Source: Macrostomum lignano (lineage: Eukaryota). From it: a stretch of DNA of 64,000 bases. The stretch is from positions 62,001 to 126,000 of the forward strand of contig NIVC01000307.1 in NCBI GenBank assembly GCA_002269645.1. Reading direction: 5' to 3'. The translations under genes and the position numbers were made by a program. Position 1 is the stretch's first letter, and the number at the start of each line of letters is the position of its first letter. Below, piece after piece: positions 1 to 44,985 of this stretch. Below the pieces are notes generated by a model. That model ran no database searches. It was not told the DNA's origin and saw only the letters and a list, made by a program, of their open reading frames with translations.

Positions 1-400
<400 letters not shown>

Positions 401-1219
401 TGGGAGGCCAACCTGTCACGCACCTCGTCAAGCAGGGGGATCGCCGCTAGCTCCGAAGTCCTCCCAGCTGCTCAGCTGCTGCTGTTTCCAATCGGCAAAA
501 ATCGGTCCCAGCAGAAGAAGCAAAAATTCGAGAATCTTCTTCAACACGCGAAATCTTTAACAACGCGCCAGCCGTCTTATCGCCTCAGTAGCAGTGGGGA
601 TGGGTCTCGGCGCCCCCACGAGACCCCAAGCGCGGGAGACCAGCCAAGGCAACCAGCTGCGAGCACCGCCGCCAAGAGCCCGCTACTCTGCAGGCCTCCG
701 CTGTTCCATTGGCCGACGGGGGAGCAGGCAGGGCCTCGCCGTTCAAAGAAGAGGGGAAGAAGAGAGAAAGAGGAGGCCAAATCTTTCCCTAGCCAACAGC
801 TAAGGACGCAGTTCTGCAGCAAGGGCGTAAGGGAAGAAATATCCTTTACCCTGTGCGCCCTGTGCGCAGTTCAAGGGGAGGGGATCCGCGACACCCCCCC
901 CCCCGCCAGCCCCATACACTCTCTTCCAGCCAAACAGCCTGCGGGTATGGCAACTAAAACTAGTATAGTCTAAGTCACAGTTGGGAATATCGTATAGGCG
1001 TACTCATAGAGGGATAGAAAACTAGGATTCTTCTCTTCCCCTCCTATCGTCATCATCCATATTCTTTCCATAACCAACCGCACACTCCCCCCCAGTGATC
1101 CTACACTCATTAAACACGACCGCCCACGACCGCCCAGTCTCCCCACCCACAGCGTTGGTCAGTTTGATGGGGAAATCCGAAATCCAATCGCGGTTTGGGC
1201 GGCGACAAGAAAATATAAC

Positions 1220-1308
<89 letters not shown>

Positions 1309-1439
1309 CTCTCTTGCTGAGAAAGCAAAAACGATTCTGTGGATTTAGAATGAGTTTATGGTCAATAGTGTGTGCTTGGGAAAACTCCCACAGCTGATGA
1401 CCTTTAAGCTATCACGCGAATGTGTAGGTCAGCATGCAT

Positions 1440-1480
<41 letters not shown>

Positions 1481-1762
1481 ACAGAGACACACAGACGCTA
1501 GGACACTACCTAGGACACTAGGAAACTACCAAAACACTAGGGACAATAGGACATTAGGACACAGGACACTAGGACACTAGGAAACGAAGACACTAGGACA
1601 CTATAGGACACTAGGACACGAAGACACTAAGACATTAGGACACGAAGACACTAGGACACTAGGACACGAAGACACTAGGACACTAGGACACTAGGACACG
1701 AAGACACGAAGACACTAGGACACTAGGACACTAGGACACTAGGACACTAGGACACTAGACAG
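1440..1762. repeat. (GACA)n plus GGACACTA 8-mer array
   Basis: Direct reading. A related array on the opposite strand lies at 43120-43985. Confidence 0.9.
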
Positions 1763-2356
1763 ATAATGTCTCTATTTGGAGGGCCACAAACCGACACTGA
1801 TTCTGGCATGAAACTCAATTAGCTCACCAAAAGTCTATGCCTCCCCAGATCGCTCATGTCGGGTTTCATTAGGCTTCGTTCGCCATCGGATATTAGACGC
1901 TGCGTCTATACATTTGCATATGCGGATGATGGTTCTCATGTTCTGTCCCTGCGCCACGTAACTTAGCAAAAAATGGCATTCCCGAACGCCAAAGTAACAA
2001 GCGGATGGATGGGAGCACAGGAAAATGCATGGGGATGAGGGGTGGAAGAGAGATGAGAGGGTTAGAGAGAGAGTCCACCACACGATAATTGATAAGCGGA
2101 CTGTCTATGCTATCTACCTCCTGTCTCTCCTGAGGCTGCGCCTGAATAATGCAAGTCTTTTGTGCACTCCATTAGATGACTGACTGATACTACGCCAAAA
2201 ATTGAGTGACCAAGCGGACCATTCGACAGCCTAGGGCTCAGCCAACTAATCACTGGCCCTGCCACTGGCCTCCAGAGCTTGGCTTTGACGTCTTCTGCCT
2301 CTTCTTCAAAGGCTTTTCTTTACCCTGAGATCTTCTGAGGCGGATTTTGCTTGCGT

Positions 2357-3297
<941 letters not shown>

Positions 3298-3656
3298 CTT
3301 GTCGAAATAAAAGCAAGAACGGCTTCTCATGATTATTTTTGATATCCAATGCGTTTTCGTGCTTGTCTTCAAATTCCTCAGCCGATTAGTACCTTCATGG
3401 CAATAAAGAAATCCGACCTCTCGCATTTGACAACATCTGAACCCATATTTCTTGCATGCGAAAGATAAAAAGAATTTCTTAAGCGCATCATATTTGTTAT
3501 TGGCCCTTGAGCTTGCTAACTCGAACAGAGCTATAAGCAGATTCTCAGCTTAAAATTTAGCCTCGATTAATCCGTGTTGATGTCGGCAATCTCCTTGATT
3601 ACCCAGTTGAATGTAGCGCAAAAAATATATAATTTATACAAAAGAGATAGATAGAC

Positions 3657-3699
<43 letters not shown>

Positions 3700-5197
3700 T
3701 TAGGGGACAGAGGAAGGCAGAGCGTAGAAGAGAGAGGGAGGTAGGGAGTTAGGAGAGAAAGGTAGGGAGACAGAGAAGTAGGAGAGAGAGAGAGCAGATG
3801 GAGTAACGGGACGTAGGCGAGATATATCTATCTATCTCCCCTATCTCCTTTCTCTAAATGATAAACTCTAAACTCTAAACTCTAAATGATAGAGTTAGGA
3901 GAGAGAGAGGGCGAGACGTATAACTAGAAGAGAGAGGAAGACAGAGAGAGGGGTAAAAAGGAGGGAGATAGAGATAGAGAGAAAAGGAGACAGGGGAAAG
4001 CTATGAGCGAGAGGGCGACACCGAGAGAGCACGGAATGGACGACAGAAAGAGATAGGAGATCGGCAAGTTAGTGTAATAAGGCTTTCATTTATCCGATAA
4101 TCTTCCTCGGTCCTGTCAGGCGTCACAGGCCATCGCTGTAGAAGTAATAATGTAATCTGTCTTAATAATTCACATGAACAAGCCCAGTGCAACTCTCTTC
4201 ACTCAAGCCGGCCTGTAGCCAAGCTGTAATGGACGACTGAGTCAATTTCCGATACGAAAGTGTAAGCAGTTATCTGCACTCCGGGAATCAGAGTGAATTT
4301 CGACGAAAATCATGAATTTCGAATTATGTATAGTTGATTATAAGAAGATTTGGGCGAGTCAGCGGAAGGAAAATTTTATTTATTGTTCCAATGTTTTGCA
4401 ATATTTTGAATCTTCGAAACTCACATAATATAACTTTGAATTCTGTTGTGACCATAGCACGCACTAGTTGTGCAGGCAAGAATTCATGTATGATATTCGC
4501 AGATGAATACTCAGCAGAGCCGGGCAAAAGCTTTATATTTGAGAAAGAGGGGAGGCTGGTATTAAAGCAAGTTGACTTTGACAACGCGGGATTAATGACA
4601 TAAACTATAAAATGGCTTGGGCTTGAACACACACTAACAATTTTGCAATATTTTGAATCTGCGAAACTCACATAATATAACTTTGAATTCAAAATACACA
4701 CGCATGCCTGCACACCTTCATGCTCCCTTCGTCATGTCGAGTGATAGATGTGAACACTTTTTTTTCCTCTCAGCATGCACTTTAAGATACTGTCAAATAT
4801 AATCCATATGGCTTAGCGTTTACATGTACTCGTACAGGCATGTATTCCGATCGGAAAGCGATTCAGTGTGTGTTATTTGCAAAATGATGTGACATTTCAT
4901 AGAAAAAATTCTACAATTGTGGAACATTTCGAGTGGTATAATGTGTGCGGGAGTTTAACGGCTAATAAAGCTAGAAAGTGCTATTCACTTGCATGTGGAT
5001 ACTTTTATAAAGCTAGATACGATATAACCAAAAATCATTTTTAGGGATCACGCTACAAGCCAAGGATGGCTCACCTAAAACTAAATGTATATTGTACTAC
5101 AGCTTTCATAGCTTTTTAAATTGCTCTTGCATGTAGGTGCAAAATTTTTTTAATTGATGGGATTTAAGTGGTTGATATGTTTCGAATACCAGGACAG

Positions 5198-5654
5198 GGT
5201 AAGGGGTAAAACACTACCCGAAAAATGGGGTAACAGGCTACCCGATGATTTTAGGCGTCTACCCGCTTCAAATCGTCCAGAAAATGCGCCTACCCTATGC
5301 AGCTTCTAGTGTGGATTTTTTTAGGTGAAAAACTGAAAGATTATGATGAAATTCACGTTTATTTTTGTTGGTAGTGTTTTACTCCAAAAAGCTACCCAAA
5401 ACTACCCGACCCCTACCCCCGTCATTGAGAATCGAAAATCAATAGCTAAGCTTACTTTTACATCTTCTGCCATAATGTATAATATCAAGTGGTTTTAACG
5501 TGCATGAGCAAAGTTAGGGTAATGGGTAAATTCCACACTAGAAGCTGCATAGGTTAGGCGCATTTTCTGGACGATTTGAAGCGGGTAGACGCCTAAAATC
5601 ATCGGGTATAGTAGCCTGTTACCCCATTTTTCGGGTAGTGTTTTACCCCTTACC
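5198..5654. mobile_element. MITE, Mutator-like
   Basis: ~120-bp TIRs starting GGTAAGGGGTAAAACACTACCCG, with a 9-bp TSD CCAGGACAG (5189-5197 and 5655-5663). Confidence 0.85.
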
Positions 5655-6755
5655 CCAGGACAGCCAAGATAGAAATGCATATTTGATATTTCTATAGCAT
5701 TACTGTCCGAGTCCGATACAGACCGGAACTAAAATAAAACCTGGACCGCTTTTTATTATCGTACTTAAAATGGATTCAATTGATGTATTTTAACAATAGG
5801 ATGCTCCGAATAGACAAATAAATTGAAAGCGGCTTCAGAGTAAGCCTAGTTACAGGCACTAAAGGTTTGAATAATGTATTTTCGTGCTGCCTACAGGTAC
5901 GAGCCAGCCATTGATTCTTAGACGGCATGGATCTAGTTCGTAATACCGGTTTTATTTCTTGTTGTAGCTCAGAGACCTCTGCCCTGTGCAGTTATTTACG
6001 GTAAAAATGGTGAACATTGACGTAAACTTTGAATATCAGTGACTCACAATAGATGAAATCTAGATGCATAGAATGTTTTAAATATTCTTTATAGAGCTCA
6101 GGCTGTCACTTAAGACAACATTACTTAAGGCAGGGACAGGGTTAGGCAGTAGCTAGGCTTTTATGGGCCGGGGTCTATCTATGCTAGGGCCTATCAAAAT
6201 TTAATTTGAATTTAAATGTATGTTACTATTGTTGTTAGGCCTAATTGCTTTGCGTTTGCTCAGTGTCTTTTTTGGTCTAACTTTATAGACCTACAAGTGC
6301 TACACTTTGCTGAGGCTTATGGGGGTAGGTGTAGGTCTAGTATAGACTAGTAGGCCTAGGCCTAGCTTAACATATATGGCCAGGCCGACTACTAGGCCTA
6401 GGGCCTAGGCTAGGGCTATGCATTATGCCTTACTAGGTCTAGGGCTTAGTACTATACTAAGCTAGTAGTAGCACATAAACACCAACTCAACTGCTAGCAA
6501 AATTTCAATGTTTTGATTTGAATTTAGAAGAGCTAGAGCATAGGCCTAGGCAGGGTTTTCTTTTTTGCCAAAGACAAGGTGAAAAATTGCATCCTATGCT
6601 CACTTTTAGGGTGCAATTGTAAGGCTCAGAGTGCAATTTCTCTTTTTTCTTATTTAAAGGCAGTGCAAACAATGCATACATGCGCAACCTTGGGAATTAC
6701 TTGGCCATTTATATTAGCAACATACACATGTAAGTTGCTATTGGTTGAGAGCAGT

Positions 6756-7385
6756 TAGAGGTTGGACAGGATTGTAATCTTGGATCAATCAGGATTGGGA
6801 TTGGGAATAATTTTTTTCTTGGGATCGGGATCAGGATCGAGATTCGAGAATTAGGATCTAAGTCTTTTAGTCTTTAGATTTAAGTCTTTTAGTGGATCTT
6901 GTCCATATAAAGTTAAACAAAATTGAGAAAAGATTGTCAAGATCAAGAAATAAAACACAATGAAATTGATATGAAGTTTTATAACCAACAAAGTAAATAA
7001 TGTAACGAGTACAAGTTAAAGCAAAATACCTTCAAGTAATCACTAATTCTATAAATTTTTAATCAAAAGACCTGTTCCCAAATCTCAAGTTTTTTAGGGT
7101 TGGGAATCGGGTAGTGTAGCTTGCTTGGCTAGTAAAAGGAAAATGAATCTGAAAATCAACATAATGTAAGTAACGACGCGTTTTGCACTCCTAGGTGTAT
7201 CTAAACCTGAAAAAACCTGAAAAAATAAACCTGAAGATGCACCTAGGAGTGCGAAACGCATCGTTACTTACATTATGTTGATTTTCGGATTCATTTTCCT
7301 TTTAGGGTTGGGATTCTGGTCCCGCGGGAATTCAATTTTCCTTGGGATCCCGAGATTTTGGGATCGGGATCCTGTCCGACCTCTA
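6756..7385. mobile_element. MITE, hAT-like
   Basis: 17-bp TIRs (TAGAGGTTGGACAGGAT / ATCCTGTCCGACCTCTA), with an 8-bp TSD AGAGCAGT (6748-6755 and 7386-7393). Confidence 0.85.
7134..7283. repeat. Fold-back (hairpin) element inside the hAT MITE
   Basis: ~65-bp imperfect inverted arms (AAAGGAAAATGAATC...CTAGGTGTATCT / AGATGCACCTAG...ATTCATTTTCCTTT) around a short A-rich spacer. Confidence 0.8.
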
Positions 7386-7868
7386 AGAGCAGTCATGTGA
7401 CTTGACTACTATTCTGTCCATCATAGATGCATCACATATTGCCAATAGAAATGGCCAGGTGAATCCCTTGGTTGTGCCCAAGCATAAGTGCAAATGAGGC
7501 TTCAATGGAAAAAATGTTATGAGACTACACCTAAACTATAGGTCCCTACCTAGTTTTAAATTTCAGGGTGTAATTTTTAAATTTAGGATATATATAATGC
7601 AAACTCTGCATACAAAAAATAAACCCAGGGCTTAGGCCTGGTATAAGACCAAGATGGCCATATACCAAGATGGCCATAGCCATAACATTATATCTCTATT
7701 ATATCTGCTTTCTCTTTAATAATAATTAGCAACTTAGTAGCTATTGTTTTATTATCATGCACTATTTTGTTTTAATCAATCATATTTTTAAATACTGATA
7801 CAATAATAGATTTGAAATGAATTAGGGCCTATTCATAATATAAAAACTTCAATCTTTTTAGTGTTTAT

Positions 7869-9555
7869 GGGTTATTCCATGATAGGGTCATCAAAGGTAT
7901 AGAAATTTTTTTAAAAATTATTTGCAAATGTGAATATTTCATTTTGCATGTAATTATGTATAGTTTCATTTTTATGTAGTTTCATACACATTTATCTACC
8001 TCTAGGAATATATATTTTGTTTTGATCATGGTACCCTTGCAAGATTTTAAATGTCCCGCGGGACATTATAAAAAGTTTAATCTAGTTTTCAATAAGAAAA
8101 AAAGTTAATAAACATAATGCATCAAGTGCATAAATAATAAAAATCTTTCTTTCTTATATCTAAAGACTGAAATTATAAAATTTTATGATCTAATATAGTT
8201 CTATCTATCATAATTTTTTATTTCAAAAAGTTTGACTTCCCTTTTTTAAGTGTTAAAAACGACCATCATTTTTTTACAAAAAGTTGTTGTACTAATTTTC
8301 AAGAGGTTTATAAGTTGATAATTTTTTGCTAAAATATTTTCTGAGCCTATATTTAAGTTTATAGTCATTTTTGTTAGTTTATGATAAGTGTAACATGCTA
8401 AAAAAACCCTGCAAAGTTACCTAACGACCATCATTTTCTGGTATTCTGAAATTTGTTGATCTTCATAAAACCTGAATTACTATCATTTATTCCTAAATTT
8501 TATACAAAAAACTGAATTTACTGATATTCTAAAATCATGTCTTTTTTTTAATGTGAATTACTTATTCAATTTCTCTTTCAAAGTTTTTACAGTTTTGATT
8601 GTAAAGAAAAATATAGTGGAATTCAAGTCTTTTATTAAAAATGTATACTGTCAATTACTTGTTTGATACCTTAAAATCATTTTCAACCTGCACTATTAAA
8701 AAGGTTGTTCCAATTACTAACCATGCACCTAGAACTCTCCACTTTAGTTTGCAATGCACCTTAACACATGCCCCAATCTTCAGCATAAGTAGTCTAACTA
8801 GACTCAAGTTTTTACTATCCATTGGTGCTACTGCTTATTGCCTAACAAATAATCTGTATTTGCCTTTGGTTTTATTAATTGTTATATTCTATTCTTTGAA
8901 TTCTTGAATAGATTAGGACTGTCCATCTTTATGATCATATGTTGAGTTGTGCAATCATGAAGTGATGTTTTTGTTGAAGGTGCATAAGTACATTTGATCT
9001 AAAATGTGAAACAGGTATAATAAATTTTATGGTTAGACAAGCAAGTTATAGTTTTTATATGAACAACTATGGATTATAAACAATCTTTTAACCAAGATTG
9101 TATCTAAAAATAGAGAATCCTAATACACTTTTTAAAACTGAAGGTCGTTTTTTTGAAACAAACGACCGTCAGTCAACGACCGTCATTTAAGAAAAAGTGT
9201 GCAACACAGTTAAAGTTATCTACTAAAATGTAATAATTGTTTGTAACCATTCATCTAGCTATTGTTTACTACAATTAATGATCAATTGAGACAAAAACTT
9301 GCCTGATTCGCAGGAATCTTAAACTTAAGTTATAAAGTTGGATACATAAACTTTCACCAAAAACGACCGTCATCAAAAGTTTCTCTCTGCTAAATCAATA
9401 CAGTAAGACAAATGACTTTAAAATGTATCTCATCTTAATCTAGAGGTCACGCCCATAAATATAGAACTCACAAAGTCTCAATTTAGTTTGTCTTTTGTAT
9501 GATTACTGATTATTATTTGCTCCAACCCAATGACCGTCATCTCGTGGAATTACCC
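7869..9555. mobile_element. Non-autonomous DNA transposon, ~1.7 kb, AT-rich
   Basis: Imperfect TIRs (GGGTTATTCCATGA / TCGTGGAATTACCC), a 4-bp TSD TTAT on both sides and recurrent subterminal ACGACCRTCA motifs. Superfamily not determined. Confidence 0.55.
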
Positions 9556-11340
9556 TTATGCCAATTTATTCCCATAAGGCCATATATATCAAATATATCA
9601 CTATCAGTTTATTAAGAAACCATTGCTAATAATAATGCTATGCAATAATAAGATACCTAAATATGCAACAAGGTATTTATTATATGTTTGGCTACTTGCT
9701 TTATTTAGTAAATAAACATCTATAGGTCAAGCTACAATAAATGCTAGGCCTAAAACAAAGGGAATGATTATAATATAATATAATTCCATTTTAGCATCTA
9801 TCTTTCTAATTATTACCAAAAGGAAAATGGAAATGAGTAAAATATATAGACCTATACTCATTATTTTTTATTTAAATTTAGACATATAGATCTATGGCCA
9901 TCATGGTGTATGGCCATCTTGGTCATGTGCCTTAGGCCTAGGTTTGAATGGTATAGGCCTATTGGGTACAAAAATTGGTTAAATGAAGTTGAAGAAATTA
10001 TATCCAAAATATTAGTAAAAAAACAAGGTATTAGGCAAAACTGATCATAGGACATGGTGCCTAATAGGCAAAATCTATTATTAAATTTTATTTTATTAGA
10101 CATACTTGATTAATTTTTAAAAGATGTCTTTTTAATTATACTGCATGTAAAATTTATTAAATAAAATGATAAGAATACTAAAAATTTCATAGGCAGGTGA
10201 AATGGCCAGACAGGTGAAATGGCCACTGGCCAAGGTAAGTCGCAAAATCAAAAATGCAAAAAAGGAAAAATTGGGAAAAGAAGAAAGGAAAGGAAAAGAA
10301 AAGGGAAAAAAGGAAGGAGAAAAGAGGGGGGAAAGAGAATAAAAGAGAAAAGGCAAGAAATGTCATACAAAGTGAAGATTAAGTTGCAATCAGGGAAAAT
10401 AAGTCGCAATCAAGAGGAACTAAGTTGCAATTGGGAGGAACTAAGTCACACCAGACAGGGGAAATTTTGAGGTTGGGCATGTATGACTACTCCTGTTAGC
10501 ATATCAACTGCCCTAACCTCTAACTATATCTGGCTAATATAAAGGGGTTTTTAAATTTACTAACTATTGGCTATCATAGGTTTGCTCTATGTGAAGCAAG
10601 AGGAGAATGAACTAAAAAGGGGAGAAAAAAGTGAGTAGAAAGGAGAAAGGAAAGAAGAGATAGACGAAAAAAGAGAAGAGAAGAGGGCATTGAGAAGAGG
10701 GAGAGAATAGGGAAGACAAGAAAGGGAAGAAAGATAGGAGGGAAGAGAAAAGAAAGGAGAAAAAAGCAAGAGAAGAGAGGAGAGAAAATCAAAGTGGAAA
10801 AAGGAGAAAGGAGAGAGAAAAGAGGAGAGAAAGGATGATAGACAAAGAAGAAAAAAGAAAGTAAGAATGGGAGAAGAAAGATAAAAGAAAAGAGATAAAA
10901 GATATACAAATAAAAAGAAATCACAAGTCACAAGAAGTCACAAGATCAAACCACTCTCATCTCATAGATTACTTATCTGTCACAAGTTCAAACTGCTCTC
11001 ATCTCATCTCATCTCAAACCACTCTTATCTCATAGGCCTCAATGTGTCACAAGTCTAAACCACACTCATCTTATAGATCACTAATCTGTCACAAATTCCC
11101 TGAACGTCATGAAAGAAGAACCTTAGAACTTATTTTTATAAAAACAATAGAACTCAAGTTTTATCATTTTGGTACCATAAAATTCTCTTAAATTTGCTTA
11201 TTTTTAATCCTAATTCAGCTACTTCACACACTAAAAGCTAATATTCAATAATATCCATAGCATCATAATATTTTTATTGTTTCAATTTTAATATCAAATC
11301 AACTGTTGCGCTTGCTGCCACGCCTGAGCAGTTTAAACAC

Positions 11341-40446
<29,106 letters not shown>

Positions 40447-40574
40447 AAGAAGCTGTTTATACATATATATACCTGTGTTTTTCTATCTTTTTTGCTTTGG
40501 TTTTTAGGGTTCACTTGCTAATTTATCCTGAAGACATGACTCGCTGATTATTGAGTTGGTGACCTATTATCAAT

Positions 40575-41000
40575 CATTGATGACTCACTGATGACTCACT
40601 TGGTTGCTCACTGAATATGACTCACTTGAATCTTTAAATGACTCACTTAAATCTTTAAATGACTCACTTAAATCCTTTAATGACTCACTGAATGCATCGA
40701 TGACTCACTTAAATCCTTAAATGACTCACTGAATGCATCGATGACTCACTTCAATCCTTTAATGACTCACTGAATGCATCGGTGACTCACTTAAATCCTT
40801 AGATGACTCACTGAATGCATCGATGACTCACTTAAATCCTTAAATGACTCACTGAATGCATCGATGACTCACTAAATGCATCGATGACTCACTTCAATCC
40901 TTAAATGACTCACTGTATGCATCGATGACTCACTGAATGCATCGATGACTCACTTCAATCCTTAAATGACTCACTGAATACATCGATGACTCACTAAATG
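40575..41000. repeat. ~20-bp minisatellite with a TGACTCA core, ~20 copies
   Basis: ATGACTCACT repeated downstream of the CLASP stop. Confidence 0.9.
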
Positions 41001-41929
41001 CTCTTTGATTCACCATTTAATAAATAATTTCAAATTGATTAATTATCAGAGGCTACACTTGCTTATATGATATTTGCATCTGTAAAACTACTATGCGCCT
41101 CCCTCATCAGTGCTATTCAAAATATTCTTCATCTATTACTCTAATACTTCATCAAATTTGCTGACAGAGGTTTCAATAGAATAACAAGTATGAATTCTCA
41201 AATCTGTATTTTTTTAATAATTTACTAATCAACTAGTTTATTGTCCCAAACGAAATATATTTAGTTAATATTAGTATACTCTGAATGGTATAAGTATATG
41301 GTATTATATGATTAATGTGTTATTTTTCCAACGATATTTATTATTAGTGTGACATTAGTTATTTTAAAAATAACATAAAAATATATTGCATTTTTATTTC
41401 ATCTTAAAATCTGTATTGTATAGTATTGGTGTGGATTAAATGGGGGCCCTGCCGCAAGCTAGTGAATATCCAAGCATATGATTATGATTAATGATGTAAT
41501 CTCGTTAATTGTGTTTTATTGGCGTATATATATTTACATATGAAATATGAAATATGGAACTTCGGAACAGCACTGACGCACTGCAGACTAAAATATATGA
41601 AATTTATTAATCTACGTGTTGTCTGCCATTTTGTCTGCAATCTGCCAGTATTCTCTTAATGTTCCTGTTCAAGGCACTGCAAATAGTTTTTTAGCTTCAC
41701 TTTTCTGCTAATTTTTTCTTGCAGTCAGCAAAGAGGCGAGCAAGTCATGCCCTAAGCACGCTCTCACAGAGTGTACAGCGGCCCTGACTTTCTGACCGTC
41801 AGGCATGTACAGTCTCTGTGCCTTTTGGGGGCTGGGCCTCGTATGTGTGAAATTGATCCCCTGATCAATTTTCTTGCATATAAGCCGCGCGGATGTATGT
41901 GGCCGCGCACGGGACTACAGTGGGGCGCC

Positions 41930-42560
41930 AGGTACAGAGGGGGCGCCAATTACAGAGGAGCGGTGGCTACAGAAAGGGCCAAACAGCTACAGGGGGCGCT
42001 AGCTACAGAGGGAGGGGGCGCTAGCTACAGGGGGCGCTAGCTACAGAGGGCGCCAGCTACAGAGGGGACGCCAGCTACAGAGGGAGAAGCGCTAGCTACA
42101 GAGGGCGCCAGCTACAGAGGTTGCCAGCTACAGAGGGGACGCCAGCTACAGAGGGAGGGGCGCTAGCTACAGAGGGCGCCAGCTACGAGTACTAAGGGGG
42201 CGCTAGCTAGAGGCGGCGCCAGCTACAGAGGGAGGGGCGCTAGCTACAGAGGGCGCCAGCTACGAGTACAAAGGGGGCGCCAGCTACAGGGGCGGCACCA
42301 GCTACAGAGGGAGGGGGCGCTAGCTACAGAGGGCGCCATGGCTACAAAGGGGGCGCCATGGCTACAAAGGGGGCGCCATGGCTACAGAGGGGGCGCTAGC
42401 TACAGAGGGAGGGGGCGCCAGCTACAGAGAGAGGGGCGCTAGCTACAGAGGGCGCCAGCTACGAGTACTAAGGGGGCGCCATGCAGCTACAGAGGGAGGG
42501 GCGCTAGCTACAGAGGGCGCCAGCTACAGAGGGGGCGCTAGCTACAAAGGAGGTGCCAAC
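41930..42560. repeat. GC-rich ~18-22-bp minisatellite
   Basis: Unit approx. GGGGGCGCTAGCTACAGA. Confidence 0.9.
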
Positions 42561-43119
42561 TTCGGAGAGCGGATCCTGATAGCTCCTTTGCAAGCTACCC
42601 AAAATCTTTTATAATTCTGTAGTCATTATCAGCATCCCGAATCAAACGCAGAATTCGTAGGTTTAGGTTGCAGTTCTGTTGCAACAGTGGGCAGCTGTAA
42701 AAAGCATCTTAGCATTCAATCCTGCTGACAGGATTCGTCCAGCGCATCTTTATTCGGCATAATTTAGTTTCCAAGTTGGAATGTTTTGTCAATGTTTGGG
42801 TAGCTCATACAGCTCTAGTTCACGAACAGAAATTGTAAATCAATAATATTTGTTATAGTTTGATCATCCTGCTGCACGCGATCAGAACGTTCAGCCGAGA
42901 AACTCCGAGATTCTCTTTCTGTAGCGGCGCTCGTTTTGGCGCAGCCACTTGGCCAGAGCCTCAGCCGATGTCTCCTCCTCCGGCGGGGGCACCGGCCACG
43001 GGCTGCCGCGTTTTCCTAGAAACTCGGACACTCGCTTTTCTATCGGGCTGGGTCGGTCGGTGTCAACTGGGGGGGGATGCGGTGAAATTAAGAAGTTGAT
43101 TAGCGAATCTAAGCCTCTG

Positions 43120-43844
43120 TGTGTCTGTCTTGGTGTCTGTCTGCCTGTCTGTCTTGTCTGTGTGTCTGTCTGTCTGTCTGTCTCTCTGTCAGTGTTGCCA
43201 CCACTGCGATTTTTTATCGCTCAGCGATAATTTCGTCTATTTTGCTCATTTCCTGCGATTTTTCGTGGACACCAGTCCTTTCAACTTTTTTTCAAGTACT
43301 GTGTTTCATTTTGTGCTCAATTTAAGTGTCACTCTGTCTTAGTGTCTTAGTGTCTGCCTGCCTGTCTGTCTGTCTTAGTGTCTTAGTGTCTGCCTGTCTG
43401 TCTGTCTGTCTTAGTGTCTTAGTGTCTGCCTGCCTGTCTCTCTGTGTGTCTGTCTGTCTGTCTTAGTGTCTTAGTGTCTGCCTGCCTGTCTCTCTGTGTG
43501 TCTGTCTGTCTGTCTTAGTGTCTTAGTGTCTGCCTGCCTGTCTCTCTGTGTGTCTGTCTGTCTGTCTTAGTGTCTTAGTGTCTGCCTGCCTGTCTCTCTG
43601 TGTGTCTGTCTGTCTGTCTTAGTGTCTTAGTGTCTGCCTGTCTGTCTCTGTCTTAGTGTCTTAGTGTCTGCCTGTCTGTCTCTCTGTGTGTCTGTCTGTC
43701 TGTCTTAGTGTCTTAGTGTCTGCCTGCCTGTCTCTGTGTGTCTGTCTGTCTGTCTTAGTGTCTTAGTGTCTGCCTGTCTGTCTCTGTCTTAGTGTCTTAG
43801 TGTCTGCCTGTCTGTCTGTCTGTCTTAGTGTCTTAGTGTCTGCC

Positions 43845-43909
<65 letters not shown>

Positions 43910-43985
43910 TGGTGTCTGCCTGCCTGTCTCTCTGTGTGTCTGTCTGTCTGTCTGTCTGTCTTGGTGTCTGCCTGCCTGTCTGTCT
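43120..43985. repeat. (GTCT)n / CTTAGTGT compound repeat
   Basis: Direct reading. Confidence 0.92.
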
Positions 43986-44679
43986 GGCTGGCTAATCACC
44001 CACCCAACAAAGGGTGTAGCACACAGAACCGTCAATAAAGTTCTTATTCGTCTTACACGGCCTGGGCTCCACAGTCACCGCCGTCATCGCCATCAGCAGC
44101 ATCAAAGCGAAGCGTGCAGATTTCATGAGATCTTCCGCTGATATTTCCAACAATAACAAACGAAAGAAGATTTTGCTGCTAGAAGACAAGTGGAATCGAA
44201 GCAGAGCAATTGTTGCACCTTATATTGACTGAACGAGCCGGCCTTCTCACTGGCTGCTCGCCTTAATTGGGCAGGGAAATCTGGCAAAACTGTTTTTTTC
44301 TTGTCCGGCTCCTCTTCGACACGAGTTCCTGTTTGAGCAGCTGGGTGCATCGCTGCCTGTGCTTATAATTTACTGCCTTTGCTGAAGAGAAAATTGTCAA
44401 TTTGAACGTTTGCAAAACTGTCATGTGTGGGCGATTACAAGGTGGGGGGGGGAGCTGCGCCGGTTCAAGCTGCAGCCTTGCTTCTTCTAAACTTGCTCCA
44501 TGATCATTGCAAACTGATGCATACACGAGGTCAGGCCGGTTCTATTGAAATCCTGCGAGCTATTGAAAACTTCGTCAAAACCAGAAGCAGAATTGCGACA
44601 TGACTCTGCATACCTCGAACTGCGGCTCTTCTTTCGAGTCTACGGCGTTTTGACTGCCAAAAATAATACGGTCTAACCT

Positions 44680-44985
44680 AACTGTAACCCTAATCCCAAC
44701 TCTAATCCCTAATCCCTATTCCTTCCTACTCCCTAATCCCCAATCCCTATCCCTAATCCCTATCCATAATCCTTAATCCCTAATCCCCAAATCTACTCTA
44801 ATCCCTTATACTTAATCCCTATCTCGAATACCTAATTCCTAATCCCTTTCGCTAATCCCTAATCCCTAATTCCTAATCCCTACTCTAATCCCTGATCCCT
44901 AATCCAAGGACTACTTAAGTAGACGTTACTTACATGTAAGTCGTCCTTGCCTTAATCTCTATTCCTAATCCCTAATCCCTAGTTC
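44680..44985. repeat. Degenerate CCCTAATCCC array
   Basis: Complement-like of the 16.5-17.8 kb GGGATTAGGG core. Confidence 0.8.

Noticed and set aside
41720-44600. GC-rich patches at 41.7-41.9, 42.9-43.1 and 44.0-44.6 kb as TRPM 5' exons or a separate gene
   Set aside because: Short frames with stops, and no phase-consistent model could be supported.
44905-44949. Small imperfect hairpin CAAGGAC...TACTTACATGTAAGT...GTCCTTG
   Set aside because: Too short to classify, and TACATGTA-type palindromes are common low-complexity motifs.
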